The notes under the pieces: model-generated
What the model was told of the DNA's origin: nothing
What the model saw: only the letters and a program-made list of their open reading frames with translations
The model's database searches: none
Shown: positions 1 to 8,906 of the stretch, piece after piece
Numbering within the stretch: the first letter of the stretch is position 1
Layout of the letters: each line of letters begins with the position of its first letter
Assembly: GCA_050999015.1 (NCBI GenBank)
Contig: JBPCPQ010000291.1
Coordinates: forward strand, 1-28,738
Direction of reading: 5' to 3'
From: Pyrinomonadaceae bacterium
GTDB taxonomy: Bacteria > Acidobacteriota > Blastocatellia > Pyrinomonadales > Pyrinomonadaceae
Length of the DNA stretch: 28,738 nucleotides
Program-made: the position numbers and the translations under genes

Positions 1-1197
1 GATGGATTGATGGCGCTTCTCGGCGACATGCTCTTTCCTGATCCCGCGACCCGCCAGTATGTGACCGGGGAGTTGGCCGGGCGTCTGGAAGTCACGACAA
101 CCTTTGACGCGATCACCATCACGCTCACCGGACGCGCTGGGGAGTTTGAGCGTCTAGCTGAGATTATGCGCAACGCTTTGGTCACACAGCAGATTACGGA
201 CGATAGTCTACAGCGGCTGCGCGACGCGCGGATCAAAACCGCGCGTGAGCTAAACCTCGCGCCCGAAACAATTGCTGATCGCGCCGCCGCCCGCCGGCTC
301 TATGGGACGTACCCTTACGGGCGCACCGTTTCCGGTTCGCCTGAGACTCTGTCGCGGATTGATCGCGCCGATTTGCTTCGCGCGCGCGAAAGATTCTTCA
401 ATCCGAACAACGCCACGCTGGTCTACGCCGGCGGCGTCGAATTGAGCCGCGTGCGGCGCACGCTACGACAGTTTCTCGGCGTCTGGCGAAAAAGCGAGCG
501 TGTCGTGCCCGCCACCTTTCGGCAGCCGGAGACGCCGGACGCGCGCACGCTCATTGTTAACTTTGCGGGCATGCCGGGCGCGGAAGTCCGTCTGTCGGCG
601 CCCGGTCTGGCGCTCACCGACCGCGATGTGGCCGGAGCAAACGTCTTGTCGCTGCTCGCGCACGCGCGTTGGCTCGCCGCTGTTCCTGAGCTTAAAGGAA
701 ACGCTGTCTCGGTGAGACATGATAGCTACGCCCTCAGCGGAGTTTTTCGCATGAGCGCTTCCGTGTCGTCGCCCCTCACGGCGGCGAAAGCATTAGAGGC
801 AGCGCGCGGTGTTTTGCGATCTCTCCTCGCCGCCCCGCCTTCAGCCGCCGAATTTGAGACCGCGAAACGTGAGAGCCTCGCACTCCTTAACCGTGAACAG
901 GAAAAACCCGACGCCGCCACCGACGCATGGCTCGACGCGCAAATTTATAACCGCACGATGGCGGATGTCGCTCGCGCAGTGAGCGCGCTGACGCCCGCCG
1001 ACGTGGGGCGCGTGGCGGCAAAACTTTTTCGTGAAGCGCCAATCGCCTCCGTCGTTGTCGGAGATGCGGCGAAACTGCGCGACGACGTAGCGCGCGTCGG
1101 TCCAATTGAAGTGATGAGTGTGGAAGCAATGTCCGAAGCCAAACCGAAAGCAGAGGTTCCCAAACAAACTCCCGGTGTCCAAATCAAACGCCCTTAA
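1..1197 (+). CDS. M16 (insulinase/PqqL-like) peptidase family protein, C-terminal part; probably starts upstream of the window
   Basis: Frame is open from base 1. M16-type segments: YGTYPYGRTVSGSPETLSRIDRADLLRARERFFNPNNATLVYAGG and LTPADVGRVAAKLF...VVVGD. No HxxEH zinc motif in the visible part. Stop TAA overlaps the next ATG (TAATG). Confidence 0.8.
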   Translation, partial: DGLMALLGDMLFPDPATRQYVTGELAGRLEVTTTFDAITITLTGRAGEFERLAEIMRNALVTQQITDDSLQRLRDARIKTARELNLAPETIADRAAARRLYGTYPYGRTVSGSPETLSRIDRADLLRARERFFNPNNATLVYAGGVELSRVRRTLRQFLGVWRKSERVVPATFRQPETPDARTLIVNFAGMPGAEVRLSAPGLALTDRDVAGANVLSLLAHARWLAAVPELKGNAVSVRHDSYALSGVFRMSASVSSPLTAAKALEAARGVLRSLLAAPPSAAEFETAKRESLALLNREQEKPDAATDAWLDAQIYNRTMADVARAVSALTPADVGRVAAKLFREAPIASVVVGDAAKLRDDVARVGPIEVMSVEAMSEAKPKAEVPKQTPGVQIKRP

Positions 1198-1997
1198 TGA
1201 GTATGAAAACTTCCTCGCAAGGATCGTCATCAACCCTGAATCGGCGCGAGTACGCTGTGTCAACTTCCGAAAACCCACCGGACACTTCCGCCTTGCAGGA
1301 TGACCACTCGCGCCGCGTGCGCTCGATGTTTGCGGGAATCGCCGGTCGCTACGACTTTCTGAATCATCTTTTGTCAGGGAATACGGACAAACGCTGGCGG
1401 CGTCTGGTCGCTGACAAATTGCGCCCCGCGCTCGGAGCGGACAGTCGCGCGCTCGATGTCGCCTGCGGCACCGGCGACCTCGCGCTCACGCTCGGCGAGG
1501 TCGGAAGGGGACGCATCGTCGGCGTGGACTTTTGCCGCCCGATGTTGGAAATCGCGCGGCGAAAACCGGCGACGAACGGGCGGTTGATTCCCTTCATCGA
1601 AGGCGACGCTTTACAACTTCCGTTCGCCGATTCTTCTTTCGATGTCGTCACCATCGCTTTCGGTCTACGCAATCTCGCGGGCGTCGAAAACGGTTTGCGC
1701 GAGTTGCGGCGCGTGTTGAAACCGGGCGGGCATATTGCGGTGCTCGAATTTTCGCAGCCCGTGCTGCCGGGCTTTCGCGCGTTATTCAATTTTTACTTTA
1801 CGCGCGTTCTGCCACGCATCGGCGGCCTCGTCAGCGGCTCGCGCGGAGCTTACGAGTATCTGCCGGATTCGGTGTCGCGCTTTCCCGATCAAAAGAATCT
1901 TGCCGCTCTAATGCGCCAAGTGGGATTCGAGGGAGTCGAGTATCAAAATTTAACCGGTGGCATCGCCGCGCTTCACACTGGCACTCGCTCTCTCTGA
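1197..1997 (+). CDS. ubiE: UbiE/MenG demethylmenaquinone methyltransferase
   Basis: VRSMFAGIAGRYDFLNHLLSGNTDKRWRR, SAM motif LDVACGTGD, GDALQLPFADSSFDVVTIAFGLRN and AYEYLPDSVSRFP are hallmark UbiE/MenG motifs. The true start may be slightly downstream. Confidence 0.92.
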   Translation: MSMKTSSQGSSSTLNRREYAVSTSENPPDTSALQDDHSRRVRSMFAGIAGRYDFLNHLLSGNTDKRWRRLVADKLRPALGADSRALDVACGTGDLALTLGEVGRGRIVGVDFCRPMLEIARRKPATNGRLIPFIEGDALQLPFADSSFDVVTIAFGLRNLAGVENGLRELRRVLKPGGHIAVLEFSQPVLPGFRALFNFYFTRVLPRIGGLVSGSRGAYEYLPDSVSRFPDQKNLAALMRQVGFEGVEYQNLTGGIAALHTGTRSL

Positions 1998-2007
1998 GCG
2001 CATGGCT

Positions 2008-2080
2008 TTCTCTGTGCGCTCTCTGTGACCTCTGTGCCTCAGTGTTAGAAATTCTCTATCCCAACACAGAGCGCACAGAA
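2008..2080. repeat. CTCTGTG/CACAGAG-family tandem repeats arranged as an inverted pair
   Basis: Left arm ttctctgtgcgctctctgtgacctctgtgcctcagtg (from 2008); right arm cacagagcgcacagaa (2065-2080), complementary to the left. The same family recurs at 6076-6259. Confidence 0.75.
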
Positions 2081-2149
2081 GCGGAATGAGTGCTATCATC
2101 ATTCGGCAATTCTAATTTCTACTTCCCAAAACGAATCGCGCCTTTCCGA

Positions 2150-3142
2150 ATGAAGCATAAGCTTCTCGACATCCTGCGCCGCGCGCTGATACTGCTCCTC
2201 GTCGTGTGGACGGTCGTGTCGCTCGTTACGCTGTTAATCGAACTTGTGCCCGGCGATCCGGCGGTGGCGATTCTCGGAGATCAGGCGACGCCGGAGCAAA
2301 TCACCCAGTTTCGACAAAAGCACGGCCTTGACCGCCCGGCCTTCTTCTTCTCTTTTACACCCGACACGCAGGGACGCCGAACATTCCGTTGGCACGGCGC
2401 AGACAATCGTTATGCGGATTACTGGCGGGCGCTTTTGCGCGGCGACATGGGACGCTCTTTCCGCACCGACCGCCCCGTCAGAGAGTTAATTCTCTCGCGC
2501 TACCGGGCGACGATTGAACTCGCCGTCGCCGCGCTTCTTGTCGCCGTCGCAATTGCGATTCCGCTCGGCGTGATTGCCGGAAAGAATCGCGGCACACTAA
2601 CCGACAACGCCCTCTCGGTGATTGCGCTCGTCGGCATCAGTCTGCCGAGTTTCGTCGTCGGCCCACTGATGATTTACGTCTTCGCGGTCTGGCTTGGTTG
2701 GCTCTCGCCTTCTGGACGCTTCAACCCCGAAGACATCATCCTACCTGCCGTGACGCTTGGCGCGGCGCTCTCGGCTTTGCTGACACGCCTTGTCCGCTCG
2801 TCGGTCATCGAAGAACTCGGCGAAGATTATGTGCGGACGGCGCGCGCGAAGGGTCTGAGCGAAACGAAAGTGGTATACAAACACGTCCTCAAGAACGGTC
2901 TGATACCTGTCGTCACCGTGCTTGGCCTGCAACTCGGCGTGCTGCTCGCGGGCGCGATTATCACCGAGAAAATTTTCAACTGGCCCGGCATCGGTCTGTT
3001 ACTGGTGGACGACGGCATCGGCAAACGCGACTATCGCCTCGTGCAAGGCTGTGTACTCGTCATCAGCGTCACATACATCGTCGCCAACACGCTGACCGAC
3101 ACCGTTTATCGCTGGCTCGACCCGCGCATCAGAGTCTCGTGA
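2150..3142 (+). CDS. Dipeptide/oligopeptide/nickel ABC transporter permease (DppB/OppB family)
   Basis: PGDPAVAILG N-terminal motif, GDMGRSF, EAA loop EDYVRTARAKGLSE, ITEKIFNWPGIG and YRWLDPRIR end. Start assigned to ATG 2150 (MKHKLL). Confidence 0.9.
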   Translation: MKHKLLDILRRALILLLVVWTVVSLVTLLIELVPGDPAVAILGDQATPEQITQFRQKHGLDRPAFFFSFTPDTQGRRTFRWHGADNRYADYWRALLRGDMGRSFRTDRPVRELILSRYRATIELAVAALLVAVAIAIPLGVIAGKNRGTLTDNALSVIALVGISLPSFVVGPLMIYVFAVWLGWLSPSGRFNPEDIILPAVTLGAALSALLTRLVRSSVIEELGEDYVRTARAKGLSETKVVYKHVLKNGLIPVVTVLGLQLGVLLAGAIITEKIFNWPGIGLLLVDDGIGKRDYRLVQGCVLVISVTYIVANTLTDTVYRWLDPRIRVS

Positions 3143-3145
3143 AAA

Positions 3146-3218
3146 AGTGGTCAGTAGCCGGTGGTCAGTGAACAGCTAAAAGCTTTTACTGAGCACCGGT
3201 CACTGACTACTGACCACT
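3146..3218. repeat. 7-nt tandem repeat inverted pair (AGTGGTC / ACTGACC family)
   Basis: Left AGTGGTC AGTAGCC GGTGGTC AGTGAAC (3146-3173); right ACTGAGC ACCGGTC ACTGACT ACTGACC ACT (3188-3218). Ends 5 nt before the next ATG. Confidence 0.8.
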
Positions 3219-3223
3219 GCTTT

Positions 3224-4039
3224 ATGAATCGTCTTGCTACCTTCGGATTGATCTTCGTCGTGCTGCTAATTGTCGTCGCCATCTTCGCGCCGCTGATTGC
3301 GACGCATGACGTGGGCGCGACGAATCTCGCAGCGCGCTACCTTTCGCCGTCGTCATCCCACCTGTTCGGCACGGACGCGACGGGGCGCGATATTTTTTCG
3401 CGCGTCGTCTACGGCGCACGCATCTCTTTGCGCGTGGGCTTGGTCGTCGTTACCGTGTCGGCGGTCATCGGAACGATTATCGGGGCCGTCGCGGGCTATT
3501 ACGGCGGGTGGGCGGATCGCATCATCTCCGGTTACTTGCTCAACGTCTTTCTCGCGTTTCCGGGTTTGCTGCTGGCAATCGCGATGGTCGCGTTCCTCGG
3601 CGCGGGACTCAACAAGCTGATTCTGGCGTTGTGCATCATCGGCTGGGTCGGATATGCGCGACTCATTCGCGGGCAGGTGCTGAAGGTGCGCGAGTATGAT
3701 TTCGTGCAGGCGGCGCGGGCGCTCGGCGCGCGTGATCTGCGCATTTTATTCGTCCACATTATGCCGAACGCGATTCAGCCGCTGATCGTGCAGGCAAGTC
3801 TCGGCATGGCCGGCGCGGTGCTGTCGGAAGCGTCGCTGTCGTTCCTCGGTTTGGGCGTGCCGCCGCCGGCTCCGTCGTGGGGCGTGATGCTCGAAGAGGC
3901 GCGCGATATGGCGACGCTTCAGGCCGCGCCGCACGCGCTCATCTTTCCCGGCTTGGCAATTGCCCTGACTGTTCTCGCCTTCAACTTCCTCGGCGACGGG
4001 CTGCGCGAGTATCTTGATCCCCGCCAGCGCGCGCGCTGA
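3224..4039 (+). CDS. Dipeptide/oligopeptide/nickel ABC transporter permease (DppC/OppC family)
   Basis: PSSSHLFGTDATGRDIFSRVVYGARISL, YDFVQAARALGA, SLSFLGLG and FNFLGDGLREYLDPR. Start assigned to ATG 3224; the longer ORF-track N-terminus is translated repeat. Confidence 0.9.
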   Translation: MNRLATFGLIFVVLLIVVAIFAPLIATHDVGATNLAARYLSPSSSHLFGTDATGRDIFSRVVYGARISLRVGLVVVTVSAVIGTIIGAVAGYYGGWADRIISGYLLNVFLAFPGLLLAIAMVAFLGAGLNKLILALCIIGWVGYARLIRGQVLKVREYDFVQAARALGARDLRILFVHIMPNAIQPLIVQASLGMAGAVLSEASLSFLGLGVPPPAPSWGVMLEEARDMATLQAAPHALIFPGLAIALTVLAFNFLGDGLREYLDPRQRAR

Positions 4040-4071
4040 AGTCGAACGTCGCGCTTCAAATTTTCCACTGA

Positions 4072-5184
4072 ATGACCGCTCAATTCTCCACGTCAGTTGT
4101 CGAACCTGTTGACGCTTCCGCCCCGCTCGAAGTGAGTTTCGATGATGGACGCACTTCCGCCGCGACTCCACCAGCGATAGATATTTCCGTGGTGTCGAAA
4201 ACTTACCCGGTGCCGCTCGTCCGCCTCAAACAGTTTTTTCGTCTGCGCGCGAAAGACCCGGTCGAAGCGCTCCGCGATGTCACGCTTTCAGTCCGGCGCG
4301 GCGAGGTTTTCGGCCTCATCGGTCGTAACGGCGCGGGCAAAACGACGCTCACTAAAATCATCGCCACGCTCGTCCAACCGACCTTTGGCGCGGTCTCGGT
4401 CAATGGTTATGACACCGTGCGCGACGAAGCCTCGGTGCGCGGGCAGATTGGATTGGCGAGCGCTGAGGAGCGAAGCTTCTACTGGCGCTTAACAATTGTA
4501 CAGAATCTGACGTTCTTCGCGCGGCTCTATGGACTCAATGCGCGTGCGGCGCGCGCACGCATCGCCGAGTTGCTCGCGCAGTTTGATCTCAAACCTTTGG
4601 CACTTCGACGCTTCGGCGAGCTTTCGACCGGCAACAAGCAACGCATGGCGGTCGCGCGCGCGCTGCTCAACTCGCCGCCCGTTTTGCTTTTAGACGAGCC
4701 GACGCGCTCGCTCGACCCGCTCGCCGCGTCGAGCATGCGCGCGCTCATCGGCTCGCTCGCCGAATCCGACCCGCCGGTGACGGTGCTGCTCACGTCGCAC
4801 AATCTAGCGGAGATTGAGGAACTATGCGCGCGCGTCGCCGTCATCAGTCAGGGGCGCATCCGCGCGCTCGACACGCCGTCCAATCTTCGTGCGCTGCACA
4901 AACACCAGGAGCACGTCCATCTCACCGTGCGCGGCATCACCGCCGAGACCGCCCGGCGTTTGCTCGCCCCGGAGATTGAAGGAATCGAAGTCATCCCGCG
5001 CGACAACACGCTCGACATCACTCTGATACGCGAGCCGATTGACGATCTTCTGGACAAATGCGTTCGCACGTTGATCGGCGGCGGCGCGCACATCGTTTCG
5101 TGCCACGCCGAGCGCGCGACGTTGCTCGACGTGCTGGAAGGTTACGAGCGCGAGCCGAACAACGCGGGGGATACGAAGCGATGA
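4072..5184 (+). CDS. ABC exporter ATP-binding protein (ABC-2/multidrug type)
   Basis: Walker A GRNGAGKTT, signature LSTGNKQR, Walker B VLLLDEPT, H-loop LTSH. Confidence 0.9.
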   Translation: MTAQFSTSVVEPVDASAPLEVSFDDGRTSAATPPAIDISVVSKTYPVPLVRLKQFFRLRAKDPVEALRDVTLSVRRGEVFGLIGRNGAGKTTLTKIIATLVQPTFGAVSVNGYDTVRDEASVRGQIGLASAEERSFYWRLTIVQNLTFFARLYGLNARAARARIAELLAQFDLKPLALRRFGELSTGNKQRMAVARALLNSPPVLLLDEPTRSLDPLAASSMRALIGSLAESDPPVTVLLTSHNLAEIEELCARVAVISQGRIRALDTPSNLRALHKHQEHVHLTVRGITAETARRLLAPEIEGIEVIPRDNTLDITLIREPIDDLLDKCVRTLIGGGAHIVSCHAERATLLDVLEGYEREPNNAGDTKR

Positions 5185-6011
5185 ACGGACTGGCTCTTTT
5201 GTTAGGACGGGTGCGCGCTTTCGTCGCGCGGGATTTCCAGTTGGCGGTCAGCTACCGTCTCGATTTTTTTATGCGGATGCTGAGCATTCTGTTCGTCGTC
5301 ACGACGCTGTTTTTCATCTCGCAAATTTTCACGGGGCAGTTCGAGGCGCGCTTCACGCAGTGGCGCGACCCGCTCGCCGCGTGGATCACGGGTCTCGCAG
5401 TTCTCAACTACTTCATGACCGGATTCTCAAGCCTCGCTACCGCGATCCGCTCCGAGCAATCACAAGGCACGTTAGAAAGCGTGCTGATGACGCCCATCGG
5501 CGTGCCGACTTTAATCATCGCCAGCTCGGCGTGGGATTTCGTGCTCGTCACGTTCCACTCATTTCTCTATTTGTTCTTCGGCTGGCTCTTTTTCGGAGTG
5601 ACGTATCAGGGCAGCTTCCTTCTGGCATTCATGTTCCTGATTCTGACGACGCTCGTGCTCGCGTCGCTCGGCATCATGTCGGCAAGTTTCGCGATGGTCT
5701 TCAAACGCGGCGACCCGTTCGCGCTCATCCTCGGCACCGGCTCGGCCTTCTTCTCCGGCGTCTTCTTCCCGACGCAGCTTTTGTCAGAAGTCGCCGGCAG
5801 CGCTGTCGCAAATATTTCGCGCCTGATTCCGACAACTCACGGCCTCGACGGCATCCGCCGCGTATTGATTCAGGGACAAGGTTTCGCGGAAGTGCGCGAG
5901 CCGATGATGACACTGCTTTTGTTTCTCTCCATCCTGCTTCCCCTCTCCCTCTGGGTCTTTGGTCGCGCCGTGCGCCGCGCAAAACGCGAGGGCAGCTTGA
6001 TACAGTATTGA
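5181..6011 (+). CDS. ABC-2 type transporter permease
   Basis: ATG 5181 overlaps the upstream TGA (ATGA). About 6 hydrophobic helices, IRSEQSQGTLESVLMTP loop, FFSGVFFP and PTTHGLDGIR motifs typical of ABC-2 membrane proteins. Confidence 0.88.
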   Translation: MNGLALLLGRVRAFVARDFQLAVSYRLDFFMRMLSILFVVTTLFFISQIFTGQFEARFTQWRDPLAAWITGLAVLNYFMTGFSSLATAIRSEQSQGTLESVLMTPIGVPTLIIASSAWDFVLVTFHSFLYLFFGWLFFGVTYQGSFLLAFMFLILTTLVLASLGIMSASFAMVFKRGDPFALILGTGSAFFSGVFFPTQLLSEVAGSAVANISRLIPTTHGLDGIRRVLIQGQGFAEVREPMMTLLLFLSILLPLSLWVFGRAVRRAKREGSLIQY

Positions 6012-6367
6012 TTTTCGATTTGCGATTTGCGATTGAATGGCCTCCGGCTCTGATGAGCGTTCGGCTCATTGAGGCTTCACACAGAGACACAGCGCGGCTA
6101 CGCCGCGAGGGGAAAACGGGGAAGGGGAAAAGGGGAAAGGAGGTTGCCGCCCCGACGCTCGCTTCGTCGCAGAATTTCTTCCGCGCAAACAAAGAAATTA
6201 AAGCCTTGTCACACAGAGATTTGGATGATTCCTCCGTGACCTCTGTGCCTCTGTGTGAAACTGCCGCTGCCCATCCACTCACGCGCGCTTACCAACACGA
6301 CGGATCACAACAGAATCGCCAACTTTAAGAACATAAAAGCGCAAACCGAAAATCTAAAATCGCAAAT
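6011..6367. repeat. Nested intergenic repeats: outer ATTTGCG/CGCAAAT heptamer arms, inner CACAGAG/CTCTGTG arms and a G-tract cluster
   Basis: Outer left ATTTTCG ATTTGCG ATTTGCG ATTG (6011-6035); outer right CGCAAAC CGAAAAT CTAAAAT CGCAAAT (6340-6367). Inner arms 6076-6092 and 6243-6259 are 16/17 complementary. Four GGGG runs at 6109-6135. Confidence 0.8.
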
Positions 6368-6370
6368 CAA

Positions 6371-7333
6371 ATGCTTCGCGTTTCCTACACCCCCCGCTAC
6401 TACGCCGACATCGGCGAGAACCACGTCTTTCCGATCCGCAAGTTTGAGATGGCGAGCCGCAGGCTCGTCGAGGAAGGCACTTTGCGGCGCGAGCAGATCA
6501 TCGAGCCGCTGCCGGCGGCGGTCAATGACGTGTTGCTCGTACACACCGAAGATTACATCACGCGATTGCGCGCCGGGACGCTCACCCCGCGCGAGATTCG
6601 CCGCCTCGGTTTGCCGTGGTCGAAAGCTCTGGTGCGCCGCTCGTTTCTTGCCACCGGCGGCACGATCAACGCCGCGCGGTGGGCGCTCGAAGAAGGCGTC
6701 GGCTCGAATCTCGCCGGCGGGACTCATCACGCCTTCGGTGATCGCGGCGAAGGCTTTTGTGTTCTGAATGATGTCGCAATAGCGATTCGCGTCCTGCGGC
6801 GCGACAAGTTGATTCGGCGCGCGGCAATCGTTGACTGTGATGTTCATCAGGGCAACGGCACCGCGACGATCTTCGCGGGCGACCCCGACGTGTTCACCTT
6901 CTCGATGCACGGCGCGAAGAACTATCCGCTTTTCAAAGCCACTTCATCGCTCGATGTGGAGTTGGAAGACGACACTGGTAACGATGCTTACATGGAGACG
7001 CTCGCGCATTACTTACCACAGGTTTTCGCGTTTGCGCCTGACATCATTTTCTATCTGGCGGGGGCTGACCCTTATGCGGGCGACAAGCTCGGACGACTCG
7101 CGCTGACGATTCCCGGTTTGCGTGCGCGCGACGAATTTGTGCTTGGCGCGTGTCAGTCACTGGGACTTCCCGTCGTCACCGTGATGTCCGGCGGTTACGC
7201 GGCGGACATCAACGACACGGTGGAAATCCACTGCAACACGATCCGCGCTGCACAAAGCATCTTCGATGCAGTTCAAAGTTCAAGATTCAAAGTTCAAAGA
7301 GGTGAGCCGCACGTTTTGAACTTTGAACCTTAA
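6371..7333 (+). CDS. Histone deacetylase / AcuC family Zn-dependent deacetylase
   Basis: GGTHHA, GFCVLND, DCDVHQGNGT, YLAGADPYAGDKLG and SGGY catalytic motifs. Confidence 0.92.
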   Translation: MLRVSYTPRYYADIGENHVFPIRKFEMASRRLVEEGTLRREQIIEPLPAAVNDVLLVHTEDYITRLRAGTLTPREIRRLGLPWSKALVRRSFLATGGTINAARWALEEGVGSNLAGGTHHAFGDRGEGFCVLNDVAIAIRVLRRDKLIRRAAIVDCDVHQGNGTATIFAGDPDVFTFSMHGAKNYPLFKATSSLDVELEDDTGNDAYMETLAHYLPQVFAFAPDIIFYLAGADPYAGDKLGRLALTIPGLRARDEFVLGACQSLGLPVVTVMSGGYAADINDTVEIHCNTIRAAQSIFDAVQSSRFKVQRGEPHVLNFEP

Positions 7334-7356
7334 ATTTTGAACTTTGAACTTTGAAT
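7271..7356. repeat. 7-nt tandem repeat inverted pair (GTTCAAA / TTTGAAC family)
   Basis: Left GTTCAAA GTTCAAG ATTCAAA GTTCAAA (7271-7298); right TTTGAAC TTTGAAC CTTAAAT TTTGAAC TTTGAAC TTTGAAT (7315-7356). Overlaps the deacetylase 3' end and stops 2 nt before the crtI ATG. Confidence 0.85.
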
Positions 7357-7358
7357 TT

Positions 7359-8843
7359 ATGAATATCACCGTTATCGGCAGCGGCTTCGGCGGATTATAC
7401 GCCGCGATTCTTTTGCAGGCGCAGGGACACGAAGTCACAATCATTGAGAAGCGCGATAAGCCGGGCGGTCGGGCGTATGTTTACGAGCAGGATGGCTTCG
7501 TCTTTGACGGCGGCCCGACGATCATCACCGCGCCGTGGCTGATCCGCGAGCTTTTCGAGCGTTGCGGCAAGCGCACGGAAGATTACGTCAGCCTCGTTCC
7601 CGTTGATCCGTTCTATAACGTCCGCTTCGAGGATGGCTCGGTTTTTCATTACAACGGCGACCGGGAGTTTCTGTTGAGTGAGATTCGCCGTTTCAATCCT
7701 GAAGATGTCGAGGGCTATAAGCGATTCCTCGCCGCGACCGAGAAGATTTACAAGACCGGCTTTGAGTTGATTGATAAGCCGTTCACCAATTTCGGCGACA
7801 TGATGAGAGTCATCCCAGACATGGTGCGGCTCAGGTCGCACAAATCGGTCGCGCAATTTGTCAACGGCTTCATCAAAGACGAACGGCTGCGGCAGGTCTT
7901 CAGCTTTCACCCGCTCCTAATCGGCGGCAATCCGTTCCAGACCACTTCGATCTACGCGCTGATTCACAAGCTGGAACAGGAGTCGGGCGTCTGGTTTGCG
8001 ATGGGCGGGACGGGCGCGCTGGTACGAGCGTTCGTCAAACTCTTTGAAGACATCGGCGGCCAGATGATGCTCGATACGGAAGTTGCTGAGATTGTAGTTG
8101 ATGAAAACACGCGCCGCGCGAAAGGAGTGCGACTGAAGAATGATGAGCTAGTTCCCGCCGATGCTGTGGTTAGCAATGCGGATGTGGCGTTCACTTACCT
8201 CAACCTCGTACACGCAAGGTTTCGCCGCAAGCATACTGACCGCAGGCTTCAACGCATGCGCTATTCGATGTCGCTGTTTGTGGTTTACTTCGGCACCGAC
8301 CGGAAGTATGAAGACATCGCCCACCACGAGATCATCATGGGGCCGCGCTATCGCGGACTCGTTGACGACATCTTCCGGCGCAAGCATCTCCCCGACGATT
8401 TCTCGCTGTACCTTCATCGCCCGACGGCGACCGATCCGTCGCTCGCCCCGGCGGGCTGTGATTCGTGGTACGTGCTTTCGCCCGTTCCGCACCTCGGCGG
8501 CGTAACGGATTGGCGCACTAAGGCAAAACCCTACCGTGACGCAATCATCAAGTATCTTGAAGAGCGATACCTGCCTGACCTCTCGAAGCACATCGTCACC
8601 GAGCACTACATTGACCCGCTTCACTTCCGCGACACGTTGAACAGTTATTTGGGGAGCGCCTTTTCCGTCGAGCCGATTCTCACGCAGTCGGCGTGGTTTC
8701 GCCCGCACAACTTGAGCGAAGACATTCCGAATCTTTTCTTCGTCGGTGCGGGCACGCACCCCGGCGCGGGGCTGCCCGGCGTGATGAGTTCCGGTAAGAT
8801 CGTCGCGCAGATGATCGGCGACGGAAACGGGAAAGTCGCCTAA
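7359..8843 (+). CDS. crtI: Phytoene desaturase (CrtI family carotenoid desaturase)
   Basis: FAD motif VIGSGFGGL, EKRDKPGGRAY, FDGGPTIITAP, FSFHPLLIGGNPF, QSAWFRPHN and VGAGTHPGAGLPGV. Start assigned to ATG 7359. Confidence 0.88.
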   Translation: MNITVIGSGFGGLYAAILLQAQGHEVTIIEKRDKPGGRAYVYEQDGFVFDGGPTIITAPWLIRELFERCGKRTEDYVSLVPVDPFYNVRFEDGSVFHYNGDREFLLSEIRRFNPEDVEGYKRFLAATEKIYKTGFELIDKPFTNFGDMMRVIPDMVRLRSHKSVAQFVNGFIKDERLRQVFSFHPLLIGGNPFQTTSIYALIHKLEQESGVWFAMGGTGALVRAFVKLFEDIGGQMMLDTEVAEIVVDENTRRAKGVRLKNDELVPADAVVSNADVAFTYLNLVHARFRRKHTDRRLQRMRYSMSLFVVYFGTDRKYEDIAHHEIIMGPRYRGLVDDIFRRKHLPDDFSLYLHRPTATDPSLAPAGCDSWYVLSPVPHLGGVTDWRTKAKPYRDAIIKYLEERYLPDLSKHIVTEHYIDPLHFRDTLNSYLGSAFSVEPILTQSAWFRPHNLSEDIPNLFFVGAGTHPGAGLPGVMSSGKIVAQMIGDGNGKVA

Positions 8844-8874
8844 TGTTTTGGTTCACCGAAGCCAACTCTTGAAA

Positions 8875-8893
8875 CTGACATCTGACCTCCGAC
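8875..8893. repeat. Short 7-nt tandem repeat (CTGACAT CTGACCT CCGAC)
   Basis: Three units with period 7 in the crtI-mtgA spacer; no partner arm seen. Confidence 0.5.
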
Positions 8894-8906
8894 GTTTTAA
8901 GACTTC

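Noticed and set aside
3161-3223. N-terminal extensions of dppC (from 3161) and crtI (from 7344)
   Set aside because: The extra residues are translated heptamer repeat, so the downstream ATGs are preferred.
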